Shown piece by piece: positions 10,370-21,585 of a DNA stretch of 31,367 bases (its first letter is position 1; every line of letters begins with the position of its first letter). The position numbers were made by a program, and so were the translations under genes. Origin of the DNA: Catajapyx aquilonaris (taxonomy: Eukaryota); contig KZ538314.1 of assembly GCA_000934665.2 (NCBI GenBank), positions 62,001-93,367 on the forward strand, read 5' to 3'. The notes beneath the pieces are model-generated. The model was not told where the DNA came from, ran no database searches, and saw only the letters and a program-made list of their open reading frames with translations.

Positions 10370-13300
10370 AAAGCTCACTCAACAACTTGGTGTGCATGTT
10401 ATAGTTTGTCAAATATAAGTTTGAACTGACGACGTAGGAACATACTGTACAAACATTGATTTCTTAACATTCTCTTAAAAAACCAATTGGGGAGGAAGAC
10501 ACTAAATTACTCGATTTAGTCTAAAATTCTATTTGGCATGTAATATTTTTTTCTTCATTTATTACAAGGAGATATGGATCGCAAAAGCGCCTCATGGTCC
10601 GTCGCAGGCGGTTACAGTCATAAAAATAGAATTGTGGCCAACATGTGACCAGACCACCTGCATAATTCTGAGATGCCGGTTATATTAATACCATATATTT
10701 CAAAAGCCGGGTACCTCTCCTTTTCCCGAATTATACCAGATGCAATATTGCTTATAATGTATGATATAAAAATATTTCTAAATTTTGCCACATTGAATAT
10801 CGTATCATAAACTGCCATTCCGTCGTCAAAGTGTCACCGTTTACCAGACTTCTCGGGATAACAAACAAATATGAATATTAAATATAGGCTCTCAGTTGAT
10901 TTGACGATACCAAGTAGAGCATAATTTAGAGAGTTAAACAAGTCACTAGCGTTTTGTCGAAGAAATAAGCGAGGTGCAAACTCATAATCGACACACTATA
11001 ACGTATATCACTATCGAATCCTTGTCCACCTCAAGCTCTGGTCATAGTATATTATACAACAATTTTATGTCTAACGTTTATCTCAAGATGCGCTGATGCT
11101 TATTCAGCATTATGCTTTCATTGTAAGACTTTGCTATAATGTAAATGGCCGTTGGATGATTATTTTTAATGTAGAGTAGTTGCAAGTTGGGGACCAAATT
11201 GAAATAGTACCGTCAACACCGTCACTGAAGTTTATAATATTAGTTTTTATGCCGACAAAAGGGTAAAAGAAAAGCGACCCAGTAATATGTAGATCCAGTA
11301 AACGGCATGATATGGTGTAATATCATCCAATACCCCCTGATGTCTTGTCAAAACGTGAAATAAAGATATTGTTGAGTAGCTCGTCTTTATTAAAAATTAA
11401 TGCGACGCTCCTTATTATTGCGCCTTCTTGGAAAATTCGATTAGAATTTGGTCACCTATTTTCAATTTTCGATTCAAGTAGCGGATACTCTTTTGGATCA
11501 TTGAATATTAATTTCTTGAAATACATTTTCCTTTCAACATTAGCTTCCGGAATTAACTAGTCGCCCACAATGAGTGGCTCCCATCAATCCTTCTGTGCAT
11601 AAAGTTGTTCCAGTACTCTACAAATGACGCAACATTGACACAGCGCATGTTAATTCGTTGTGCTCCATGGAAATTGTCAGCCTACTGCATGCATAATTTC
11701 GGCATTCCGCATGCTGACACTAACAAGTAAGTGTGGGTATAGTTTTCATTACTCTCTTAAAATTCGCTGATCATTATCCTGCAGCTAAACTACCAGAGAA
11801 ACTTCGCAAGTGCGATTTGCATTCATAATGTCACACATAAATGCAGCTTGAGCTACTGATATCCTGTTTTAATGTTTAAAAATTCACCCTTCACTCTGTA
11901 TGAATCAAATGGCTGAACCAGAGTTTGCTCCACTATATTTCGAAATTTTTAATTTAATTTTTAAATATGTAGACGCCTGTTCTGTACCACCATTTGTTCT
12001 CAAGCGAATAGCTATTGTAACACCGAGTGTCTCAGTGTCCTCGTTTTGTACTATGTATATAATCAACTCTGAAGTGGTGTCAAAGGGGTGCTCTTGTGTA
12101 CACATCAGTGGCTGCAGCATCCCCGTTAGTAGACTACACCGGAATATCAAGCAGATGCAGAGGCTTCCAAAATGCCCCCCCGACAGGGGCAGAAACTGTG
12201 CATATAGGCCCTTAATTGAATTTGACGGCATATCCTAGGTGCCCTGTAGCTGGGTCTCTCCTATCGATTGAGCGGCACCAGGAGTAAGGAAAAGGGCCAC
12301 TGGCGATCACATCACATCCATCCAGCAGCCTTCCATTAGTCCCAGAAGTTTGGTCCAGCAAGAATAAGACCCCCCCCCCCGCCCCACTTCCGGACCAAAA
12401 AACGAGGTCAATTCAAGAGGCCATCACTGACCTATCACGTACCGGGGGCGCCTTCTGCCTCTTACCTCCCTCCTTTTGAATTTCCTCCAAATGCTGGAGG
12501 CACGTGCAGGAAATTATTCCCCCTACACTTTTAAGTTGATTAGAGGAAATGGGAACTAAATATAGAAGACCTTATCTAGGCGGGTTGGAAATGGAGGAGA
12601 AACGCAGGTTGCCTCTTGCGACATGGAGGAACGTGTTCACACCGTACTGGAAACTCACGGAATCTCTGTCTCCCTTCAAAAACCAAATCAATTCGCTCCC
12701 ATCGGCCTTCAATTCTGCCCTGCAAAATTAAAGAGAAGGCCTCTCTCTCGTATATGGGGGATTGGCCAACTGATACGTGCAAAATGGGTTCCTGCCCGTC
12801 TGGGCTTCAAACAGACGAGGAAATTGCGTCCTTTCCAATTGACCAGTAAGAGAGGGTTTGCTTGTGCACAGATATAGCCTGCTCCTGGTTTTTTTTTTTG
12901 GAGGACCGGCTCCCATGCATTGCACGAGAGGATTCATACATATTGGGGAAAGGACTCGTTGGGATGGGGCTACATCTCGTAGCAGGAAGGGACACTCGCA
13001 TAGGAGTCTTTGCTTGTGTTGCCACCTTGCCGACGAAGCTTCACTTTCTCAACCTATTGCTTTAAAACAAATTTTTTTCAGAACTCATAGGTCACGGGAT
13101 AATGTTTTGAAATTCATGTTTGTGTAAAGAGGATTTTCGGTATATTAAAACATTTAATCGCAATCAATAGTCGCAGAAAAGGCAGCTTGCAACAATTAAT
13201 ATTGAGCTTGATATTGTGGAAATGTTCAAAATGTTATATTGCCGGGTGTTGATTAAACCGACAAAATCAATACCGGTACTGATCTAATTAGCTTGAATGA

Positions 13301-14097
13301 GGAAATTCAAGAAGTTGTTAACAAAAACACACGAATTAATGCAGGAGACATGCGGGTTCACACTACCACATCTTCACATGCAACAGTTGTGACTGTCGGT
13401 GTCATTTCCTATTCCTGCCACTGCTGCCAGTGGTAGTGACGTCTAAAGTTATCCTGACCCTCGTGAGCCACCCTTCAGCCTCTACTGATCGCAAGGAAGT
13501 CTGACGTCCAGGATAAAACAATGACGCTGGACCGCTGGACAGTACTGTAGTACTGTACAGGTAGTACTCACATCTACAATATAGTAGGCCTACTGTACTG
13601 TATGATACAAGGTGGAATATGTTTACGATCTACATTGCGAATTACGTCTCCAAGTACGTTTGAACCTCTGAGGTGTCGCATCACCAGTTAATGAGATGGA
13701 TAGTATGCTAATCACTTACGGTACTTAATTATGCTTTTGGTGTGGCACAATTTGCATACATCCGCCAAGGTCGGCCAAAAAGCATATGAAGTTTCTCCGG
13801 CTTTTTGGAATTCTTCGCATTCGTTATTTTGTCCGCCAATCACAAAAGGGCTACTAGCAGACTTTGTTGCATACTTCCATGGCACTTAAAAAAAGGCTCA
13901 TAGCGATTAATTATTGATACATAGCGTAGCATGTATTGTACGGAAAATGAGAGAACGATCTGACGTCATCAAGGTTTCCATAGAGATACCCTCACAGAAC
14001 AATATAAGTAAACACTGTCAACCAAAGAGCAACAATGGAAGAAACGATGATGTCAGATCGTTCTCTCGTTTTCCGTAGGCCCTACATGAGTGAGCAT

Positions 14098-14438
14098 AAT
14101 ATGGTAGCCGAGATGGTAACGTCTCGGCTTGCTGAGTGAAAGACCCCAGGTTCGTTCCCCGCCTGGGGAACTTTCCTTTCACCTGAGTCAGGAGGGTCTC
14201 TGACCTGCTCCAAGGAGGTGTCTGGCAACCTAGCCTCCTGGGGGACTGCACATGACCCGTTTAACGACATTGCACTTGCACTCGTGTCCCCTCCCCGAAA
14301 ATCCCTATCCTTACCCAATTTCCTTGATTCCTTGCACCGAAGTTGAGAAAATTGAGCAAATAAATAAATAAAGGTTCATGCGATATACCCCCGCTTGGGG
14401 GTGAAAGCATTACCCACAATTTATTGTTATTATTGTTA
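14098..14438 (+). mobile_element. tRNA-derived SINE (copy 1), with its 3' (TTA/TTG)n tail interrupted by a Helitron
   Basis: Pol III A box TAGCCGAGATGG (14105-14116) and B-box-like GGTTCGTTCCC (14149-14159). The body shares GACATTGCACTTGCAC...TCCCCTCC and AAATAAAGGTTC with the other two SINEs. A terminal hairpin ACCCCC-GCTT-GGGGGT precedes the TTATTGTTATTATTGTTA tail, which resumes at 15508. No clear target-site duplication (TSD); the 5' boundary is inferred from tRNA geometry. Confidence 0.75.
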
Positions 14439-15507
14439 TCTCTATATCTATAAATAAGGAAGCTTGATTGTTAGTTTGTGAGTTTGTGAGTTTGGATGTT
14501 TGTCCCTTATAGAAATCCAGGGGAAGGCCCCTACACCGCCTTAAATTAGCATATCGGGGGTTACTTTTTCCAAGGAATTTAATGCCGCATGTTTCAGCTT
14601 CCGAAAATGTACCTAACTCCCACAACACGCATATTCCTGCCTCAACAATTAGCTTACATCAATAACAATAAATCAATTTGCATTCCCATGGAAATGCCTC
14701 TCTTTTTTTAGCTATTTACCTCCCTGCATCGTACCGCAGGGAGGGAACCTTTATTTCGTCTTGATGGAACCTTTTTGACGTAGCGCCCGGGCCCACGGGC
14801 AGGGTGACTGGGAGGGGATGTGCAAGGTGCAAGTGCAATGCTCAAACGGTACATTTTGTGAACTCCCCGGGTGGATTAGTCTGAGAAGATTCCACCCGAA
14901 ATGAAGCCAGAGACGACCCAACTCTGCACGGGATGAAGGAGGGAACCCCGGGCTGAGATCGAACCCGACGTTTCCGCAGCGCCACTTTGTCTCCCCTAGG
15001 AAATGCCCTTATGCCACAATACCTAGCAAATTAAACCATCTCCGTAAATTCAGAGCATCCACCAATTACGCTAATTGGCCACCTCACGTGACTTAGTATC
15101 TTTTGGTAATTCCGGGATTTTGTGGAATTTGAAAGTAGACTTCCAGACAAAGTAAATACAATTAAATAATACAGTATTTGCAAAATATTACTCCGTGTTG
15201 AAAACAAAATTTCCCATCATACATCTGTACGTACATTTCTAAAGTTCTTCAGAGCAACATATGGAACGAGGTGGGGGTGTGAAGTGGGGTTGGGGGGGTC
15301 AGGGGGTCAAAAATGCAGGGGGAAAAACACATGGCTGTGCAGTCTTTTCCTGGGCCAACTCCATCCGCATTCCTCTTTTTACACATCCAATCAGAATATC
15401 CGTGTCGACTGTACGCTATAAGACAAGCAGGTAATCTATCACAGATATGTACCCCTATCTTTACCAGCACCCCCAACATACCCGGGCAACGCCGGGTAAC
15501 CTGCTAG
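14439..15507 (+). mobile_element. Non-autonomous Helitron (rolling-circle element)
   Basis: The 5' end is A|TCTCTATATCTATAAATAAG, followed by a (GTTT/GTGA)n-like simple repeat. The 3' end has a perfect 7-bp hairpin, TACCCGG-GCAACG-CCGGGTA (15479-15498), a few nt before CTAG|T (15504-15507). The element sits between A and T with no TSD. These are the standard Helitron hallmarks. No Rep/helicase ORF is present. Confidence 0.75.
14699..14998 (-). mobile_element. tRNA-derived SINE (copy A), nested inside the Helitron
   Basis: Minus strand: A box TGGCGCTGCGG and B box GGTTCGATCTC, with the anticodon region deleted relative to copy B. About 190 nt is clearly homologous to copy B. A 3' 9-bp hairpin (14719-14744) and an A-rich tail follow. 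Candidate 9-bp TSD GGAAATGCC at 14690-14698 and 14999-15007. Confidence 0.8.
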
Positions 15508-15585
15508 TTATTATTAATTGTGCATCAGTAGTTTGGCTGTAGGCTAACTCTATAAGTAAAACGAGAAACCCACCCGTGATGTTTT

Positions 15586-15907
15586 TTTTTGCATTACCCC
15601 ATTGGGAGTTACAGCTCCTTTAGGGGGGTGGAATACCACCATCTGGGTGGAACTGGTATACTAAGATAGTATTTAGTGTGTTCCAAAGGTAGGTAGGAGG
15701 GGATGTGCAAAGTGCATGTGCAATGTCGCAAACAGCCATTTTGTGAACTCCCCCGGGTGGCTTAGTCTGTCGGAAATTGCCACCCGAAATGAAGCCAGAG
15801 ATGGCCCAACTCTGCACGGATAAAGGTGGGAACCCCGGGTGGGGATTGAACCCGGGACCTTCATATCCGTGGGCGCGCGCGTTACCGCGGCGCCACTTCA
15901 TCTCCCT
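15586..15907 (-). mobile_element. tRNA-derived SINE (copy B), full length with target-site duplication
   Basis: Minus strand: A box TGGCGCCGCGG (15885-15895), B box GGTTCAATCCC (15842-15852) and an oligo(A) tail. An 11-bp TSD, CGTGATGTTTT, lies at 15575-15585 and 15908-15918, at a T/AAAA-type target typical of LINE endonuclease insertion. Confidence 0.87.
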
Positions 15908-18900
15908 CGTGATGTTTTATTTTCACTTCTGACATGCCTATTTAAAAAGTCTTCCTTGCAATCAAATCCCCAACACATTACTGCATGGCAACGAGCTTTA
16001 ATACAACTTTACTTACAACAGGATACATGAGCAATTTCCTAATTTCCGTACAACAGAGTCGGCAAAATCCTTTCCGCAAACATGGTATCAACATACAGAA
16101 CAGTATTTTCCAAAAAATGCACGACTTGCATAGTTGTAGCAACAGATAGCATAGTAATGGTACAATTCCATTACTGATGTTACAAAGTGTGATATACCCG
16201 TATCAGTAACTGACCACAACATCCACACAGGTTTACATGGGAAGTCACAAGAGTTATTGGAAAAGCCACGCAAGCCTTCTTATAAGTACAAGGTGGCTGA
16301 AAAAGACATAACGTGGGCCACGCGTCATGCCCATGAGCAGAATACAAAGGGTTCAGAAAAACTGCAGGCAGTGCCCTGAAAAAGTGCAAACTACACATAA
16401 AAGTTACAGTAAAAGTACGAACGTGTAGTAAAAGACGCAGTACAAGAGAAACGGGATGAACTCTGTGGTATCTTCTGGCAGTATCGCACTGAACCGTCTC
16501 ATGTAATGTTAAAAACTAGGCCCATTCTTACTGGCTATGAAAAGGGTCCCAAAAAGGGACCCCAAGCAAAGAAGAAAGTCAGACTTTATCTCTGGCAACG
16601 AGAAGATAGGCCTTCCCCATTCCCAGAGCGAAAAAGTGACGAGAGGAAAGGAAAATCGCGACGTAGATGATTCCGTCCACGTACTATCGTCACAAATATG
16701 CCGACGGAAAATGAGAGTTCAACAGAGGGAGACGGGAACGTAGACCGGATGTCTCAAAAGACCCCTGCCATTTTCTGTTGGCATAAGACTGTCCTAGCCT
16801 TGAGCTGTACTCAGAATAATACAATGTTTCCTTTGTCATTAACGCTTCTTTCAGTATTACATGGCACATATTGATACTTGACCTGCTGGTTCAACCTGCT
16901 GGTCAAACTTCAACAGTGTACTAACATGGGCAACTTTGAGACACCCGGTTTAATGCACACAGTATATATACGCAGGGGACTAAGATTGAAAAAAAAGAAG
17001 CACATGATGGAGACCCATCAAAGGGCGAATTAAGGTTGGAAGAGAAGTGATCAAAGTGCAGAGGGGTCCAGACCAAGGGAGGTCGGAAGTCCAGGGATGT
17101 TTTTATACTGGCCCATTCGGACCCGAAGGAAGTTGGAATTGAAACAGTGGACGAATGGAATTTCATAACCTCCTCACAGGGAGGGGGGGTCCTCCTCTCC
17201 TGAATAGTTATTGCCTCGTCGTAAGATGGGAGGTGGAAATAGATAAAAAAAGAAAAGTCCACTTGGATCGGTTTTGGATATTCTTGGCTGGTCACCCTCT
17301 TTTTTTATGGCAGACCTACAGTCAGGAATATTGGCCGCCGTTTATCATGCTGCACTGCTGCGGATGGAAGACATGAAAGTAAATTGCTGGAGAGTTATCG
17401 TTCTTTCGCAGGAATTCGCTCATCGCGAATAAAGTGGCTCTCAGAATCTATCGGAGCCGATTTTGATCGCTGTTACCAAAAAGCATGGCAACCGCGCCTG
17501 ATGACGTCATTCCATTCATAGCAACTCTCGGAAAACCTTCCCTAGAATATCTGTGCCCTCGGCTAAATTATTCCGAGTGAGTTGAAAGAGCAAACCGGAT
17601 CAGATTGCAGAAAACTTTTCTCGTAATGTTAGAACTTTCCAGTTCCTTCTCAGAACTGAACAATTATTTTATCGGATTGCCCTGAGAATAAGCGCAGCTC
17701 ACAGGCAGACTAATTACTTAGTTTTCAACACCTGCTGAAAAGCGTGATTCATGCATCACGTCAGTTTTTTGCTGTTGGCAAGAGCTTCAATATGGAATCC
17801 AAGGAAAATAATGGAGGCTGCAGGTAAAAAGTTATCTATGCACTTCATCATGTGTAGTAAGTGCACTGTACAAGTAAGAACTTACATCCATCTCATTTTC
17901 CAAAGGGATTAATGAACAAAAAGGAAAATCATTTTAAATTACTGAAATTCTCCGGACAAAAAGTATTCATTAAAGAGCACGAAATTCTCTTACTGAGAGC
18001 ACTGTAATATCTCTGCAGTACAATAATAATTTTGTCCTGTAAGCTTGTTGTAAGACAGTATAGCAAGTATAACCTTTCACAATTTTGCCACGCAAAACAC
18101 AGGACACAATAGCTGCAATTTTTGTGTACAAATTATAGTAACAATGTATACTATTATCACGCAATCAATGTTTTACTCTTATCATTGTGGAGACAATGAA
18201 CTTGCAAATGCAAATCAATCAATAAAAAGTCGGATAAAAACGGAAAGGTGATATTAATGAAGTCTACTCCTAACACTCTTCTTTCCAGGGAATAATCTCA
18301 GCCATTAGAATATTATGACCCACCGTTACATCCCTATTCTATATAAGCAGGTACTTCAGTAACCGCCGAAAAGTTAATACATAACTTATATACACACGAG
18401 TGTCAAAAAAGTGCTTAATTTGTAAGCCCATAAAGAAACATGAGCAATTTGTATATTTTGGAATAAGTGATTAGTTGCAAATATCATACTTCGGAGAGTG
18501 ATGTTATATGATCAGGCCTCTCTCGGAATAAAGCGCCGAATAAACAAATCCCCAAAGTTTCCTCAACCCTCTTCTAAATACAGTTCGTTGGTTCCTTCTC
18601 CCAAGTCCCATTTGGTCAGCGGTACCGTTCCATGTGGGCGACTCCCTTGATGCGCCCAGGCAGGCCGACCCGTGCGAAAAACCGTTGTCCGAATAGATCA
18701 CACCGACTCCCTTGCAGTAAGTGCCTTCGTCCCTTCCCCACCAAATTCGACAGCCGTGCACTCCTGACCTTTGTCTCGCATTTTTCGGCAATCGTTCCTA
18801 ATAGGCCTGCGTGCCTCTGTCCAGCCCTGGGCCACGATTTACGGCGAATTCGCTGCCAATTCGTGCGGAATTGCGTCCTATAAAACGAGCTAAGGCAAAA

Positions 18901-19092
18901 TACCGAGTTGTTCGGAGACAATCCCAGAATTTCATACAAATCTTATAAATCCTGCAATTTTATTTGACATTTTCAAAAATTTATCACAACGCTTCCTTTG
19001 TTCATCGGAGATGTTTCGCAGACAAACTGCGCATTTTCCATAAAATTTAGTATGTGCAACACGGCCTGAGGGTTGAAAATTTCACCAGCAGA

Positions 19093-19118
19093 ATCCATGT
19101 ATAACATCCATGTATAAC
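19093..19118. repeat. Perfect 13-bp tandem duplication (ATCCATGTATAAC)x2
   Basis: Directly visible in the sequence. Confidence 0.8.
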
Positions 19119-20174
19119 AGATGTCAGTGACATAATTATGTCATTGTACATATGCCAATAATTCCGTGGTAATTTACAACAATTATTACTATACAACATA
19201 CAAGATAGAAAAGTCGTAGTAAAGTCACTGACTCCATGTATACATACAAATATCTAATGAACAAATTTCCATGATAAATGCATTGTAAAACGGTTAGGCC
19301 AATATTGTCACAGTAATCATACAGGCACAATTAAGTAGTTGCTTGTACCGAACTAAAACACGTTAATGGTTGGTCAAGGTACATTATGACACTGAGAGTG
19401 CAATGTAGCGCTAATAAAGTTGATAACTGACCATAACGTCGCAGCGTGTTGTCGAGACATGATTTACATGTTGTGATGGCAAACATTTTTTCGACGATCC
19501 CATCATGATACTCGTGCCCTACACTGCATGGCTCATTACCTTATTTTAGCTTTGACCAAGCTTCATTTCCTTCACATTGTACTGTACAAGTAGTAACGAA
19601 TGCGAAACGTATATCATTTTCTCTTCCGTCTCCTTCCTCAAAAACTGTGAAGGAACTTTCAATTCATGTCATTCTCGTTTCGTGGGGGTTTAAAAATTAC
19701 CCCATTTTGGATTTATCAATACAGTTTTGAAAGTGTACCGCTTAGGAAAAATGGGGCCCATATAGTAAGCAAGTCCCACACACGTCAAAAAAAGAAATGT
19801 CTCAGGTTCAGAGCAATATGACACCCATAAATGTTTCAACTTCACTCTTTGCAAATTAATACGGTACAATATATCACTTCAGCTCAATTCCTTCGTCAAG
19901 TGATAAACAATTCACACTAATCTGCCTTTCTTGCCGCGATCATTAATAACCTATACTTACTACTGAATATTGAGTATAAAGTCCTTAATATGGCGAAACA
20001 ATGGCACCATTCACTATTAAAACACAGTTCCTTTCAGACTGACGCTGTGGAGGCCTTTGCCTTAAAGCACCAAATGACAGGAGTGGACATCTTGTCCGGC
20101 TGGTAAGACAAAGACGCCCTGTGCAGGTCATCGTCCTGGTTATGGCCCTTTCTTTGAGAGCCGTCATGCTGGCG

Positions 20175-21585
20175 TCATAAAATCCTGGCCTCTGCAGAGG
20201 AGTCTTGCTGTGCCCTCTTTCCAGAGCAACAAGGTTTCGGAGGACAACATGCGGAACAGAGTTCGCAAAACGTGGACAAAAACTCGTGGGAGAAGAGACA
20301 GTATATATAGAATGTGATGGAGTAGTTGGTGACTTCCAGTATGTTGGCCACAGCCCTGAAAAGCTGAAAGTTGTACGACGCAAGGTTAGCCTCCGTGATC
20401 ATAACGCTGAGTATGACCATGGGCGTGGTGCAGACGAAGAACAGCACCGAAGTGCTACCAAGAAGCAACATGAGGCGGTGCTCCTCAGCGAACTTCTTGC
20501 TGTCGTCACCCGACAGCTTCCCCGTCATCCTTCGTCGCCTCTGACACGTCTCCTTGTAAGCGACCACGATCCTCAGGTTGAGGTAAGCCAGGAGTATGGT
20601 TGGCCCCAATTTGAAGGTGACCTCGATCATCCAGATGTAGAGGAGGTAGAAGGTGGACTTGAGGAAGGAGGCGCGGTCGCGTCTTTGGAACACTGGTTCT
20701 CCGGAGTCGGTCAGGCACTGGAGGAGTTCGGACCGGAACACGTGGGGGAAGTAGATCAGGAGGGTCAGGGCCGGGATCAGCACCACGATGACGTAGGCGT
20801 GTCTGGAGCTGTCCATACGACGCACCTTCGACGGGTGGCAGATGGCCACGAAGCGTTCCATAGTCAGCGCCACCAGCATCATCACTCCCATGCCTGAAAC
20901 AACCATTGTTAAAATAACCAAATGGCTCAAACAGGCACTTAGCAATGACAGTTAATGTAGAACATACGGTCGCTATGGAATTAATTTCAGACTCTGGCCG
21001 GAAGCGGAGAGTGCAATATGAATTATTAACATGCAAGTTGGGACGGTGCATGACATGGACGCAATGTGCTGCAATATGACTTCATTCGATTTTATTCCGC
21101 AATATTCCATGCCAAAATGAGGTAGGATACAAATTGGAGCATTATATTATGCAGAATTAGGATAATAATTCAGTATTAGGCAGTCACGGTATAGCCACAG
21201 CGAGTGCTCTTCGCACGTATTCCGCAATTAGCAACGCTCAATTAAGGACGTTTAACGCATTTCAAAGCCATCATATTCAGGCCATTTGCTCACGAGCCAC
21301 TACTGTAATACAAATTCCGTCATCACTACATTCTACTCTGGCCAAGTATATTTTTACAACGCCAGCAAATACACAGCACTAGTTATTCATAGACATCTAA
21401 AAGCAACATTTAACAGGTCAATCTGTTTCAAAACTTACCTAGAAAGCCATTGCCCATAAAGAGCTCCACATACGTGTGGAAAAACGCCCTTGGGTAGTTT
21501 TTCCATTGTCCAATGTCGTGAGATCTTATCCTCACTGTGAATGGGATTGCGAAGGATATGGCAACCAATGCAGCTGCAGAGTATC
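20175..21585 (-). CDS. Class A (rhodopsin-like) peptide GPCR of the FMRFamide-receptor-like group (type often annotated 'probable GPCR B0563.6'); 5'-partial, last two exons encoding TM2-TM7
   Basis: Exon 21585-21439 (ctag|GA TAC...CTA G|gtaagt) = (G)YSAAALVAISFAIPFTVRIRSHDIGQWKNYPRAFFHTYVELFMGNGFL(G). It splices in phase 1 to exon 20893-20175 (tttcag|GC ATG) = MGVMMLVALTMERFVAICHP...FFVCTTP...NILEVTNYSITFYIYCLFSHEF...EARIL*. The ERF-xAICHP (DRY-equivalent) motif, the TM6 CxxP and a Cys-rich tail are present. I did not find the N-terminal/TM1 exon in 21586-31367. Confidence 0.93.

Noticed and set aside
14098..14170. tRNA gene (also 15835-15905 on the minus strand)
   Set aside because: A and B boxes are present, but acceptor and anticodon stems do not form. 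Each continues into a shared repeat body with a tail, so they are SINE heads.
14878..14905. Hammerhead ribozyme in the SINE (CTGAGAAG...GAAA)
   Set aside because: The core does not match CUGANGA and is not conserved in copy B.
17470..17525. CRE palindrome ATGACGTCAT and X-box half sites (GCAAC)
   Set aside because: Short motifs with no identified gene start nearby; expected by chance in 31 kb.
18504..18939. GC-richer patch with overlapping ORFs and a minus-strand acceptor; one frame has a GLG-RR amidation-like motif
   Set aside because: No signal peptide, no recognisable homology and no linking donor; more likely UTR or intergenic.
20894..20945. ORF-track start MLSACLSHLVILTMVVS for the GPCR
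   Set aside because: This stretch is intronic. The exon starts at the tttcag acceptor (20893) and splices to the TM2 exon at 21439-21585.
20205..21051. Long ORFs 20205-20897 (+, 230 aa) and 20506-21051 (-, 181 aa)
   Set aside because: Antisense and alternate-frame shadows of the GC3-rich GPCR exon, with no independent protein features.
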